Part shown: in pieces, positions 1 to 10,489 of the stretch
Position numbering within the stretch: position 1 is the stretch's first letter
How the letters are laid out: every line of letters begins with the position of its first letter
Assembly: GCA_001275005.1 (NCBI GenBank)
Contig: JWZX01002778.1
Coordinates: 1 to 34,180, forward strand
Direction: 5' to 3'
Origin: Chrysochromulina tobinii
Taxonomy: Eukaryota
DNA: 34,180 bases
Notes under the pieces: model-generated
Told to the model about the DNA's origin: nothing
Databases searched by the model: none
Seen by the model: the letters and a program-made list of their open reading frames with translations, nothing else
Program-made: the position numbers and the translations under genes

Positions 1-377
1 AACAACCAAAAAACCGACCCCTCTGCATGGCCACGGAAAACATTTTCTTCGAACCTACTCGAAACCTACGCCGACCATATGATCTATTCTTGGAAACCCG
101 CGGAGGCCGGAGAGAGAGCGTCTAGCTATATTTGTGAAAGAAAGATGAAAGTGTTGTGTATTTGTTCATTTTTGTGCTTTGTATGTCACCGACTCCGCGA
201 GCGGTTTGGCTTGCATGCATCGCATGCGGCAACTTCGAACTTGCATGCTTCGAAAAAGTGGCGCGGACGAAACGCCCAGATTTGGTTCGCAAGCTGCTCT
301 GCAAGGCGACGGTCCAGAACGATGGCGCAACCGTCTGTCGAGGCTGCGGTCCCACACGTCGACTTGGTTGTAGAATC

Positions 378-2105
378 ATGAATGACCGGCCGAGCTACCG
401 CCTGGTCCCGTCGCTCGGCACCTATGAACTGATGACTATCGCACCTGCTCAGAACGTACTCATCGGCCGCAGCGCTGTGGTCCCTGTCCCACCCTCTGGC
501 CAACTGCCGACCTTCTATGTGAGGATTTCAGATCCGACCATCTCGAAGCAGCACGCGCACCTCGCCCTCTCTGCCGACGGCACAGTGCTCACGCTCACCG
601 ATGTGTCTACCAACGGCACCTTTGTCGATGGTTTGAGGGTGCCTCGTGGCAGCGCAATGGAGCTCGAGAGCGGCGACGTGCTCTCCTTCGCCACCACCGA
701 CCAGCAATCTGTCACGCTGCCATTCTTCAAAGTCATGTTGGTCACCAAAACGCCGGAGCCGGTATCAGAGCCAGCCCCGCCGCCCGAGACCCATATGGAT
801 AAACGAGACAGTGTGCCCGTCGAGAACGTAGCCTTCACCCTCACCTTGAAAATTGGCGAAGTGACCGTCGAAAGTGCCAAGGCCATCGGCGTGGCCACAG
901 TCGACAGCGTCAAGGCCGTCGGTACAGCGACGGCGGGCGGAGCCGCCTATGTCGGTAAGAAGAGTCTTGAAGGCGCCAAGGCCTTCGGCGACGGCGTCAA
1001 GGCCACCGGCAGCCTCGTGGCAACAGGGCTAGAGAAGACGCTAATGACGCTCGGCGTCACCGCGGCCTTCCAGGCAGTTTTTGGCGAGAGCATCGACAAG
1101 TCGGACGTGGGCCTGGAGGCGGCCTTTGCCAAGTTGGACACGAACAAGAGCGGCAAGATCAACTGCGCCGAGATGAAGGCGTACATCTCCAGTGTGTACG
1201 AAGAGGGTAACGACGACGACACAATCATCGCCGAAATGATGGCGAGCGCGGACATGAACCTGGACGGCGAGATGGACCTCGATGAGTTCAAGATCATCAT
1301 GCGCTCAGCGCCCATGAAGTCAGACGGGGCCCTAGGCGGCGCCGTCGATGCTACTGTCGGAGCAACTGTGGGTGGCATCAAGGCCATTGGCGATGGCGCC
1401 GCCTTTTTCGTGTCAACCCCCATCAAGGCCGTGTCAACCCCCATCAAGGCTTGGCTTGCACAGCGTGAGGTGGAGAGCAAAGATGGTGGCGACTCTATGG
1501 ATGAGAATCTAGATGCGAATCTGGAATCGGAAGATCCGGAGCCCGCAACGCCGAGCGTAGCACGCAAGTCGGGCACGAGGACGCCGGAGACGCTCGTGTC
1601 TGAGATCGTTGCAGACTACTTATGGAGAGCACGTAACAGCGAGGGCATCTTTGATGGGGTCCTTGAGGAGCGTCATGAGGAGGTGCCGCCGTCCACGCAC
1701 AGCCACAGCTTGTCGTCGCGTATCTTGCTATGGCTTGGCAGGGGGGTGCGCAGCAGGAAGCGCAGGAGCACGAGCACGAGCACGAGCGAGTCGTCCAACT
1801 CCAAAATCATGGACAAAGTGCGATCGGCGCCGCTGAGCGCCGCGCTGCGGCGCTCAGCTTCCTTTCACGCCCGAGAGTCCGCAAAAGCACGCGAGTCGTT
1901 CGCTCGGACGAGACGCACTGAAGTCCAACTAGTCTTAGCCTCTCATGAACGGGCCCCTCATGAACTGGCGTCCGCGGCAGAACGGGAGGCCACTGCGAAG
2001 ATGGCCCAGATCCAGAAAAGCATCGCGGAAGAGCAGAGGCAAGATGACTGGGTTCAAGGCCCCATGTACAATCAGCCGAGGATTGAGAGGATGGTCCCTC
2101 CTTGA
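378..2105 (+). CDS. FHA-domain / EF-hand-pair protein with 11-mer amphipathic repeats
   Basis: FHA motifs IGRS, SKQHA and STNGTFVDG; two EF-hand loops DTNKSGKINCAE and DMNLDGEMDLDE. First plausible ATG is 378 (MNDRPSY), in frame with track ORF 156..2105. Confidence 0.8.
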   Translation: MNDRPSYRLVPSLGTYELMTIAPAQNVLIGRSAVVPVPPSGQLPTFYVRISDPTISKQHAHLALSADGTVLTLTDVSTNGTFVDGLRVPRGSAMELESGDVLSFATTDQQSVTLPFFKVMLVTKTPEPVSEPAPPPETHMDKRDSVPVENVAFTLTLKIGEVTVESAKAIGVATVDSVKAVGTATAGGAAYVGKKSLEGAKAFGDGVKATGSLVATGLEKTLMTLGVTAAFQAVFGESIDKSDVGLEAAFAKLDTNKSGKINCAEMKAYISSVYEEGNDDDTIIAEMMASADMNLDGEMDLDEFKIIMRSAPMKSDGALGGAVDATVGATVGGIKAIGDGAAFFVSTPIKAVSTPIKAWLAQREVESKDGGDSMDENLDANLESEDPEPATPSVARKSGTRTPETLVSEIVADYLWRARNSEGIFDGVLEERHEEVPPSTHSHSLSSRILLWLGRGVRSRKRRSTSTSTSESSNSKIMDKVRSAPLSAALRRSASFHARESAKARESFARTRRTEVQLVLASHERAPHELASAAEREATAKMAQIQKSIAEEQRQDDWVQGPMYNQPRIERMVPP

Positions 2106-2609
2106 AGGTTCGAGAGCACAGCATTCGAGCATGCAAGGACGCAAGGAGACGGCTCGCTCTGCCGGCTGCTGGTCCTGCTCTCGATACTCGAAGTGTAAAT
2201 CGACTATAGGGTCGGCCGGTGTTAGGCCGGTGTGCGACAACTTTGCTAAACATTGAAGTCTGCCCATGGTCCGATACATCCGCGCACAGCTTGGGTCCGC
2301 GCACGGGCGCACGGCACAGCACGGTCGACCAGTGGCCACAAGGTCGACCACGGGTACTTCGTCTTCTCGTATCTCGATTATCGATCGATTATCGCCTCAA
2401 ATATAAGTAACTCTAACTGTCTTCACATACACATTATTCACGTGAATCTCCGGATACTAACCACACGAGCATGAAATGATGGCACACTGAATAGACTGAT
2501 AGAACGCATGCCCTATTGCCGTACACACCGGCGGCGGCGCCGCCTCGAGCGCACCCCTTGAGTCTTGACCCAATTGTCTTGCCCGCCACGCGAACCCCCA
2601 CATGCCCCC

Positions 2610-2896
2610 ACTGAGTTCAATAATCTTCAAAATCAGGTGGTGGGGATAGTGTGTGAATCCAGAAAGAACCTCCCCCTACCCCTTTCCCAAAGGCCCTTTG
2701 GGTCAACCACTGAGTTCAAAATCAGGTGGTGGGGATGTGTGTGAATCCAGAAAGAATAGTGAATACCTCCCCCTATTGAATTCATATCCCTTTATGGATC
2801 ATACAACCCCGGACTGAGTTCAAAATCTTCAGGTGGTCTGGGGATAGTGTGCACGTGCGGTGTGTGAATCCAGAAAGAATTAGAATACCTCCCCCT
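2610..2896. repeat. Three degenerate direct repeats of ~66-84 bp with ~100-bp period
   Basis: Copies at 2610-2677, 2709-2774 and 2813-2896 share ACTGAGTTCAA..TCAGGTGGT..GGGGAT..GTGTGAATCCAGAAAGAA..ACCTCCCCCT. Confidence 0.9.
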
Positions 2897-3347
2897 CGCC
2901 TGTGTGAGCCCTGGTAACTAACCTGTACCCCTTTAGGTGGCGCGCGGTCAAAAGAAAAGCCAGACGTCGCCAAGCCCCCGCCCCCCCCCCGGCCCCGGCC
3001 CCGGGCGCCGGGGCGCCGGCCCGGGCGGCGGTGAGAGCTTCTCAGCTTCAGCCTGCGCTGTTGTTCACGGATTTGAGACAATTCCGGTATAACCAACGCA
3101 GGTTAAACTGGGGTGGGACACAATGCCCATCCACCTCACTCAGGGGAATGTGTTAATGGCGCTACACATTCTAATACACATCCTGTGTGGGGCCACATGG
3201 CACATTCTCGCCCCGGTGTCGCTATGTGCAACTATGGCCATGGCTCACGTCCGTGGCACGTCGCCCGCGCTCTCCGCGGCCACTTCAGGTTCCGACGGCG
3301 GCGACAGCTCTGCCAGGCGGTCCTGCCGGCGTCCGCCCGCGCGCCGC

Positions 3348-4460
3348 CTAGTCCATCGGCTCGGCCTTCTGCACCGACGCCTCCTCCCACAGGTTGGCGT
3401 ACAGAGCCGTAGAGAGGTACCGCTCGCCAAAAGAAGGGATGATGCACACGATGGTCTTGCCGTTGTTCTCGGGGCGCGCGGCGAGCTGCTTGGCGGCCCA
3501 CACGGACGCGCCCGACGAGATGCCGCACATGACGCCCTCGGTCGTCGCCATCATGCGCGCCGTCGCCATAGCGTCGTCATCACTCACCAGCATCACCTCG
3601 TCGAACATCGACACATCCGCATTGCCAGGCACGAAGCCGGCGCCGATGCCCTGAATCTTGTGCGGGCCCATGTGCTTGCCGCCCGAGAGCACGGGCGACG
3701 AGACCGGCTCGAGCGCCACAATCTTGCACGACGGCTTCAGCGGCTTGATGTACTGCGCGCAGCCTGTGATCGTGCCTCCGGTGCCAATGCCACCCACCAG
3801 GATGTCGATCTCGCCGTCCGTGTCGGCCCAAATCTCGGGGCCGGTGGTCTCGCGGTGGATCTTCGGGTTGTCGGGGTTGTTGAACTGCTGCAGCATCTTG
3901 GCCTTTGAGCCCATCTCGGCCACGATCATCTCCGCCTTCTTGACAGCGCCGGACATGCCCTTGGCCGCGGGCGTGAGCACGAGCTTCGCACCGAGCGCCT
4001 TGAGCATGACGCGGCGCTCCATGGACATGGACTCGGGCATCGTAAGAATGAGCTCGTACCCCTTGGCCGCGGCCACCATCGCGAGCGCGATGCCCGTGTT
4101 CCCCGATGTAGGCTCGACGAGCGTAGTCACGCCCGGGGTGATGTCGCCACGCTGCTCCGCCTCGGTGATCATCGAGTAGCCAATGCGGTCCTTGACGGAG
4201 CTGCACGGCTCCATCGACTCAAGCTTCGCCAGGATGCGGCAGTTGGGGACGTCGGCGACCGAGCGACCCAGCTGAAGCAGCGGAGTGTTGCCGATCAGCT
4301 CAGTGATCGACTTGGCAATCTTTGGCTTCGTGCGCACGCCAACCATGTCGCCGAGCTTGGAAACTTGCATCGAGACGGCGGGTGCGCGGCCGGCGGAGTG
4401 CAGCGGCGCCGTCGGGCTTACCACGTAGGCCGAGATGAGTGCGCAGGCGAGTGAAAGCAT
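3348..4460 (-). CDS. cysK: Cysteine synthase (O-acetylserine(thiol)lyase), probably plastid-targeted
   Basis: PLP-lysine motif [29 protein letters not shown] and [10 protein letters not shown]. The N-terminus is a signal peptide ([12 protein letters not shown]) plus a transit-like stretch. Confidence 0.95.
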   Translation of the reverse strand: MLSLACALISAYVVSPTAPLHSAGRAPAVSMQVSKLGDMVGVRTKPKIAKSITELIGNTPLLQLGRSVADVPNCRILAKLESMEPCSSVKDRIGYSMITEAEQRGDITPGVTTLVEPTSGNTGIALAMVAAAKGYELILTMPESMSMERRVMLKALGAKLVLTPAAKGMSGAVKKAEMIVAEMGSKAKMLQQFNNPDNPKIHRETTGPEIWADTDGEIDILVGGIGTGGTITGCAQYIKPLKPSCKIVALEPVSSPVLSGGKHMGPHKIQGIGAGFVPGNADVSMFDEVMLVSDDDAMATARMMATTEGVMCGISSGASVWAAKQLAARPENNGKTIVCIIPSFGERYLSTALYANLWEEASVQKAEPMD

Positions 4461-4676
4461 TGCGTTTTCGGCGCGACTTGATCAGTGAGTCCTGGTCGCC
4501 CTCGTGATGACTGCATATTCACACTGAAATAGCGGGTCCCCAAAAATTTCAGCATCCGGAAGATGGCGCCAAGGGCGCGCAGTCAAGAAACTGAGTAGAC
4601 TACGGATGTCATGTGCGTATCGAAAAAGCGACGAGCGTCAAATCGAAGTGGCGATCGACGCAACGCGCGACACAAA

Positions 4677-5543
4677 ATGCGGCTTCTAACGCGCGAGCAA
4701 TTGCTCACGTCAGCGACGGCACTGTGCATCCGCTTCCTGGTACCAGCATCGACTGGGCTCATCGTGCCGGACGCCGCGCATGCGGCCGTCAAATTCTCAA
4801 ATGGAGCTGAGGAAATACGAAAGGCGGCCTCGTTGATACCAGGCTATGGGCCACCCGACATCTCTTACCCGCCAGTCTTCCTAGGGCGATGGAGAGTTGA
4901 GAGCCGCATGGTGAACGTGACGACGCCGCTCGGCGAGGACGTGGCGCCCATGGACCAGCTCAAGACCGCACGGCAGCTCATGGCAGCCGAGCGGCCGCTC
5001 AGCTTTGAGCAGCGCTTCGTGGAGGCCGAGGGCGGCGCGAGTGGGGTGGTGCTTGCACGCGAGAACAGCGACTCGCTAGCGCTGTCCCTGAAGAATTATG
5101 GCGGCGGCATGGTGATCGCCGATAGAGCCTTCAATGCAGAGCACCGCGCAGCCGCACAGCCGGGCGCGGCGCCCTTGCAAGACTTCACGGCGCGCTGGGA
5201 GCCGACGAATCCCAATGTGCTGACGCTGGCCTCACGTGGCACCGTGGTCGAGACCAAGGTGACCAAGCGCTCGTTCCAGCAGCCATTCGACGGCGCCTTC
5301 GGCACGTCAGAATACGTGCGGATCGCGGACGCGGGCTCCGAGGGCGTCCTTGGCGGCGTGCCCAACATCAAGGCGTCGCGCGTGCAGATCAAGTACAAGT
5401 GGGACGGCGCGAACCCAAGCGTCATCGAGGCGATCGAGCTCGCGCAGGTCTTCGATCCGACGCAGACGGGGTTCGCCGATCTCGCCGGAGCGACGCCAGT
5501 CTTGACCACGAAAGCGCGGTTACTGTTCACGCGTCAGAAGTAA
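4677..5543 (+). CDS. DUF6816-like protein, probable plastid/thylakoid protein
   Basis: GPPDISYPPVFLGRW, ADRAFN and NPN motifs recalled from cyanobacterial/algal DUF6816 proteins; leader ends in AHA like lumen peptides. Start is either 4611 or 4677. Confidence 0.6.
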   Translation: MRLLTREQLLTSATALCIRFLVPASTGLIVPDAAHAAVKFSNGAEEIRKAASLIPGYGPPDISYPPVFLGRWRVESRMVNVTTPLGEDVAPMDQLKTARQLMAAERPLSFEQRFVEAEGGASGVVLARENSDSLALSLKNYGGGMVIADRAFNAEHRAAAQPGAAPLQDFTARWEPTNPNVLTLASRGTVVETKVTKRSFQQPFDGAFGTSEYVRIADAGSEGVLGGVPNIKASRVQIKYKWDGANPSVIEAIELAQVFDPTQTGFADLAGATPVLTTKARLLFTRQK

Positions 5544-5807
5544 CCTCTCAGATTGAAGATAGGTGCTTGTGTACACGTTGAGTTGAGGATTGAGACACAG
5601 ACACATCCGTCCTACAGTTCGGGGTACACGGGACGGACCGTGTGAGCGGGCTCGCACACATTATGGCGCCAAAGCAAGCGAATGTGCAATGTCCCACTGT
5701 TGCAGCACAAGTGCGGTAACAAACGTCGACCGAGCTCTTTGTCGAGACACCCGAAACCTACCGGTGAATGACTCGCTCACCTCAATCGGGACTCACCCGT
5801 TGTTCAA

Positions 5808-5831
5808 GAACTTGAACTTGAACTTGAACTT
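5808..5831 (+). repeat. (GAACTT)4 microsatellite upstream of the CS/ARM gene
   Basis: gaacttgaacttgaacttgaactt read directly. Confidence 0.9.
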
Positions 5832-5929
5832 GTGAAGTCCTTACAAACTTGCCGTTCGCGGAATAAACATGTGTTCAGGTGCCTCCTGCTTGCGAGGGCG
5901 TGCCGACGCTCGCCACTTGTCAGAGCACC

Positions 5930-7981
5930 ATGATCTCCGGCCGAGTCAAGGAGGACAAGATCAAGTCGGGCGAGGAGCTGCGGTTGGCGCTTGCCGCATC
6001 GTGTGAGAACGAGGCCTTCCGTGCCCTCGACAACGCGATGCTCAACAGGCTGCTCGACTTCGCGCAGATGTCGCGAGACGACCCGAAGCGTGACCCACTC
6101 GAGCTCAAGCAGTCGCTCGCGGCAATCAGCCCTTCGCTCGGCGCGCTCAAGCTCAGGCAGCGCAAGGCGATGATGGTTGCTCTCGAGAACCACATAGCTC
6201 TCGCCAGCCGTCACAACCTGCCGGAGCGGCTGTTCGTCGATGGTGGCTGGCCGCCCAAGGAGCCCGAGCCCGAACCGCCACGCGCGGCCCCCAAGCAGGG
6301 CATGCAGGTGATGATCTCACCCTCGCCGCTCAGCGGCGAGGGCGAGGGCTTCACGTGGACCCAGACAGAGACGGAGCTCACAATCACGGTGTGCTTGCCA
6401 GAGGGTACCCAGAAGCAGGAGGTGGCGATGCAGATGACGCCCAAGTTCGGCCCATCGCAGCAGCTCGTGGTGCGCTGCCGCTTCTGGCCGCTGCCTCTCC
6501 TCTCCGGCGTGCTACACCACGCGGTCGACGCATCGGAGGCTACGTGGCACCTCGACTCGAACTGTAAGGTGACCATCGATCTGCCTAAAATGGTTCCGCA
6601 GCTATGGAAGGGCACGCCTCCCGTGTTCGCGAGCGGCGCGGGGCCCCTCGCCGAGTACGCGCTGCCCGGGCTGCCCGCCGGGAGTGGCGCCGCCGAGGAC
6701 GCCGCCACGGGCGGCGGCGGCGCACCCGACGCGGCCGGCGGCGGCTGCTCGACAGCGCTCATCGCCGGAGTCGCTCCCGAGAGCGTGGTGCAAAAGATGG
6801 GGCAGCGGCCCACCGACCTCGCGCTCCAGCTGCAAGGGTGCGCCGTGCTCGGCGCGCTGCTCGACGCCGACCCTGGAAAGGGCCTCGCCGCCGCCAACGC
6901 GCGCGCCATCCCGGTGCTGCTGCGTATCCTTCGGCTCCATGGGCATCAATCTGAGGTCCAGCTGGCGGCGTGGCGCCCGCTGCTCCAGATGGTGGCCGCG
7001 CACCCGTACCTGCGCAAGGTCCTCCTCGATGCGGGCTGCATGCGGCTTGTGCTCTCGGGGCTCGATGCATGCCGGGCCGACCCGATCGTGCTCACGCAGC
7101 TGTGCCTCGTGGCTCGTTCACTCCTCCCGTCGACGCCGCCGCGACCCTTCGTCGAAAGTGGTGGCCTCGAGCTCATTGTTGAGGCGATGCTGACGCACCC
7201 GGGCTGCGCGCCTCTGCTCGAGACGGGCGGCGCGTGCCTGCACATGCTCTCGGGCGTCAACCACATCGTGCGTCGCATGATCCTGCGCATGGAGGTATTA
7301 CCAACGATGCTTGCGCTCTGTACGTCCGAGCCTTGCCGCGACTGCTTGCATGAGGTGACGCTTGGACTGGTCGCACAGCTCTCGAGAGGGGATGCCTCAT
7401 GCGCGCCCCTCTTCCGCATGCAAGTTCAGGCTGCAGGGCTCCTCGAGGCGCTCAGGCGCTTCCCCGCAGCTCCCGAGCTGCAGGCCGATGGAGCGCGCGC
7501 GCTCGCGACGCTCGTGGGTACCGAAGAGGCCGTGCTCACGTTTATTGCCGAGGGCGGCCTCGAGCACCTGCTTCAAGTGCGTGCAGGCGCGGGCGAGCTG
7601 TCGACGGTCGTCAATGAGGTGGCCAACGTGCTCGAGCAGGCCGTGTGCACCATGTGCGAGGCGATTGATGAGGAGGCTCCTGAAGATGAGCTCGACGCGA
7701 TCTCGATGGCCGAGCTGCTGCGCGAGATGGCGGAGGCGGCGCACGAGCGCCGGCGCCGCGCGGCCGAAGCCAAGCGCGAGGCTGAGGAGCGCGCGCGCGA
7801 AGAGGCCGAGGCGTGCCGCCGTGTGGAGGAGGCCCTCGAGAAGGCACGCGTCGAAGAGATCGAGGCGGCGCCCACGGCGTACGCAGGCTTCAGATGGGGC
7901 TCATCTTTCGACGACCCACGGCTCCTGAGCGCGGGCGACGCGCCCGACCCGCCGCGCATCGTCGAGCTCGACAACGACTAA
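5930..7981 (+). CDS. CS (p23/NudC-like) domain plus armadillo-like repeat protein with C-terminal coiled coil
   Basis: FTWTQTETELTITV...SGVLHHAVDASEATWHL...TIDLPK is a CS signature; repeated helical units such as LQLQGCAVLGAL, LLETGGACLHML and LQADGARALATL; E/R/A-rich tail. First ATG is 5930. Confidence 0.75.
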   Translation: MISGRVKEDKIKSGEELRLALAASCENEAFRALDNAMLNRLLDFAQMSRDDPKRDPLELKQSLAAISPSLGALKLRQRKAMMVALENHIALASRHNLPERLFVDGGWPPKEPEPEPPRAAPKQGMQVMISPSPLSGEGEGFTWTQTETELTITVCLPEGTQKQEVAMQMTPKFGPSQQLVVRCRFWPLPLLSGVLHHAVDASEATWHLDSNCKVTIDLPKMVPQLWKGTPPVFASGAGPLAEYALPGLPAGSGAAEDAATGGGGAPDAAGGGCSTALIAGVAPESVVQKMGQRPTDLALQLQGCAVLGALLDADPGKGLAAANARAIPVLLRILRLHGHQSEVQLAAWRPLLQMVAAHPYLRKVLLDAGCMRLVLSGLDACRADPIVLTQLCLVARSLLPSTPPRPFVESGGLELIVEAMLTHPGCAPLLETGGACLHMLSGVNHIVRRMILRMEVLPTMLALCTSEPCRDCLHEVTLGLVAQLSRGDASCAPLFRMQVQAAGLLEALRRFPAAPELQADGARALATLVGTEEAVLTFIAEGGLEHLLQVRAGAGELSTVVNEVANVLEQAVCTMCEAIDEEAPEDELDAISMAELLREMAEAAHERRRRAAEAKREAEERAREEAEACRRVEEALEKARVEEIEAAPTAYAGFRWGSSFDDPRLLSAGDAPDPPRIVELDND

Positions 7982-8207
7982 GTTCCTGGGGCCCTGGGGG
8001 GTGCAGGTGTACATGTTTGCTACCGGTACATTGTACTGAGAAATTCCGGTACCGGTCATTGTTCGCTATGAAAACTAGAAAATACACACGCGGGCAGTGT
8101 CTGTCGTGTTACATGTAACGTTCACGCCAGTTGGTTCACGCGGCTCCACCCCGGCGCCGGCGGCGCATCCGACCGCCGTGGGCGATCGCGATTGCCACAC
8201 GCGCGAC

Positions 8208-9539
8208 ATGAAGCGCGCGCCCGCCGTCGTCGGCATCATCCTCGTGTGCACTTTCCTGATCGTCCACGATTCGTTGCCGCGTATGGACGTGACGATAGTT
8301 ACACCATCGTTCGGCTCGCTCGTGGAGGGCACCCCGTCGAGTACCAGGATCGACCCACATGTGCTGCCGGCGTCGGCCGGGCTGGCCAACAGCGGCGCCA
8401 TCGCCGCTGCCACCGCGTCCGCCCCCGCCGCCGCTGCCGCCGTACCGCCTCAAGTGGAGCTCGTGCCGCCGCCGCCACCTTCGCCACTCTGCACGGAGCT
8501 CTCGTGCACGAGGAAGCTGCGCAGCCTCGAGCCGGCGTGGGCCAAGCTCGCCTTCCAACCACGCATCAACTGGCAGGCAGGCGGCATCCGTGGCGACTGC
8601 GTGGTGGGCGAGATCGAGTATATCGAGCACAAATACTGCGAACCGACGAGTACCATCCGAAAGCACGATCCAAGGATCAGCTTGTGGCCCTCTGAGGAGC
8701 GGCTCGAGGCGGCGGACGTGTATTCGCAGCCGCTGCCCAAGGCAACGCTGACGGACCTGGCCAACATGCTTCCAAACCAGACACTGCTGATCATGGGCGA
8801 CTCGGTCATGGAGCAATTCTACAACGCGCTCCAGTGCATGCTGCGCAAGGAGGAGCTCGAAGAGCCTCCCGACGACGCGTTCCTCAACTTCATTAAGAAA
8901 AACGAGTACCTGTGGAAGATGGGCAAGCGCAAGATGCCGCCCAAGCTGCCCCAAAAGGCGCGCACGGGCATGAAGATGCTCTTCTCGCGCCAGGTCAACT
9001 ACCAGCCCGAGGATGTCGCCGCCTCGCTGCAGACCGGCGACGTGATTGTCGTCAACTGGGGCTTACACTACGACGACATGAACAAGTACAAGAAAGAGCT
9101 TCATGAGGCGTTTGCGCAATTCGAGCAGCACGCGACGCGCACTGGGAACGCGGTGCTCTTCCGCGAGACGGGCGCGCAGCACTTCAAGGAGGCCGACGAG
9201 CGCGGCGTTGGCATGCTGCGCTCGTCGACGGGCGAGTGGGAGAAGCGAGACAAATCCACTGACAAGAACTGCGCGTGCTCACCTGTGGAGGACTTCAACG
9301 TCAACAAGCAGAACCGCGCACTGCATGAGGTCCTCGGCACGGGCAAGTACCCGCACGTCAAGCTGCTGCCCTTTGCCGACCTGACGCGGCCGCGCTGGCG
9401 CTGGCACTTTGGCAACTGCACGCACCGGCCTAATGGGTGGAACTGGGACACATGCTGCGACTGCACGCACTTTTGTTTCTCGCCTGGCATGTGGAAGGCG
9501 CACTTGTTTGACCTCAAGAACAATCTGCAAGTCGCGTAG
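8208..9539 (+). CDS. TBL/PC-esterase (SGNH) family type II membrane protein, putative polysaccharide O-acetyltransferase/esterase
   Basis: N-terminal TM segment (VVGIILVCTFLIV), Ala/Pro stem, GDS motif (IMGDSVMEQFY), VVNWGLHY and DxxH motif (DCTHFC). Confidence 0.8.
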   Translation: MKRAPAVVGIILVCTFLIVHDSLPRMDVTIVTPSFGSLVEGTPSSTRIDPHVLPASAGLANSGAIAAATASAPAAAAAVPPQVELVPPPPPSPLCTELSCTRKLRSLEPAWAKLAFQPRINWQAGGIRGDCVVGEIEYIEHKYCEPTSTIRKHDPRISLWPSEERLEAADVYSQPLPKATLTDLANMLPNQTLLIMGDSVMEQFYNALQCMLRKEELEEPPDDAFLNFIKKNEYLWKMGKRKMPPKLPQKARTGMKMLFSRQVNYQPEDVAASLQTGDVIVVNWGLHYDDMNKYKKELHEAFAQFEQHATRTGNAVLFRETGAQHFKEADERGVGMLRSSTGEWEKRDKSTDKNCACSPVEDFNVNKQNRALHEVLGTGKYPHVKLLPFADLTRPRWRWHFGNCTHRPNGWNWDTCCDCTHFCFSPGMWKAHLFDLKNNLQVA

Positions 9540-9780
9540 CGCCCGCCCGATTTCCGCAAAGTAGCTCTAGCTGTGAAGGACCGGGGTGACAGACTGACTG
9601 AAAGTGGGACACACACGGGATACACGAACACACACGAACACACGGATCACTCAGACGAACCTGAAAGTGCCGTACCGGTACGTGTTGTCTCAAAAAGGCA
9701 ATCCCTTGCCTCAAAAGTGAAAGTCTTGAAACGGTTGCCGTCCTGTTTGTAGGCTTTGAGGTGTGGACGTTTTTGCTCTC

Positions 9781-10457
9781 ATGGACGGCCATCGCCCCAT
9801 GAGTCAGAATGGGCTCACGGTTTCGGATCACCTCGTACTCCTACGCAATCAGCAGCTCGCATTGGCATATCAGGCAGTCAGCCGGCGCATGCAGCAGGCG
9901 GCAGCGGCAAAGCAGGCCACGACGCTCAACTCGCCTCATCTCCGATACATCGGGCAGCGCAATCGCGGAGCCAACCCGCTACGCATAGGCACCGCGCCGA
10001 ACTGCGCACCGTCGCAGCAAGAAGCAGGCGGCGGCACATCCAGATTTACGGGAGGAGCCGTGGGCAGTGGCGATGGCGGCACAAGTACCCCAACGTTGAA
10101 CAGTGGCACGGTCGTGTGCGCTGGCCCGGCAGCCTCTCACCGCTCCGCCTCATCCTCGGCGCTTCTCGGTAGCGGCCATCAAGGCTTATCGACGGCAGCA
10201 GGAAGTCCAGCGATGGCCTTGCGCCAAGAGCGAGCACGAGCGCGAGCGCTGACCTCGTATGCAGCTGACCCAGAGACGGCGGACACCGCTGCTGGCATAC
10301 TGGCCGCGGCTATGGCGGCGCGCGCACGAATTCGGGCGGCGAAGCACGCGCTCTTCCTTGACCGCCTCGGCGGCGGCGTTGATCCCCGCCACATCGATGT
10401 CGAGCACTATGAAAAGGCGACTAATCCATATGAACAGGCGCCTGTCCATACTTCAGT

Positions 10458-10489
<32 letters not shown>

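Noticed and set aside
156..377. Upstream extensions of track ORFs (156, 5879, 8097, 14520, 19702, 25189)
   Set aside because: They mostly begin at non-ATG codons and add non-conserved-looking sequence; downstream ATGs fit the domain starts better.
2610..2896. CRISPR array
   Set aside because: Repeats are 66-84 bp with internal indels, there are only three copies, no cas genes are present and the context is eukaryotic.
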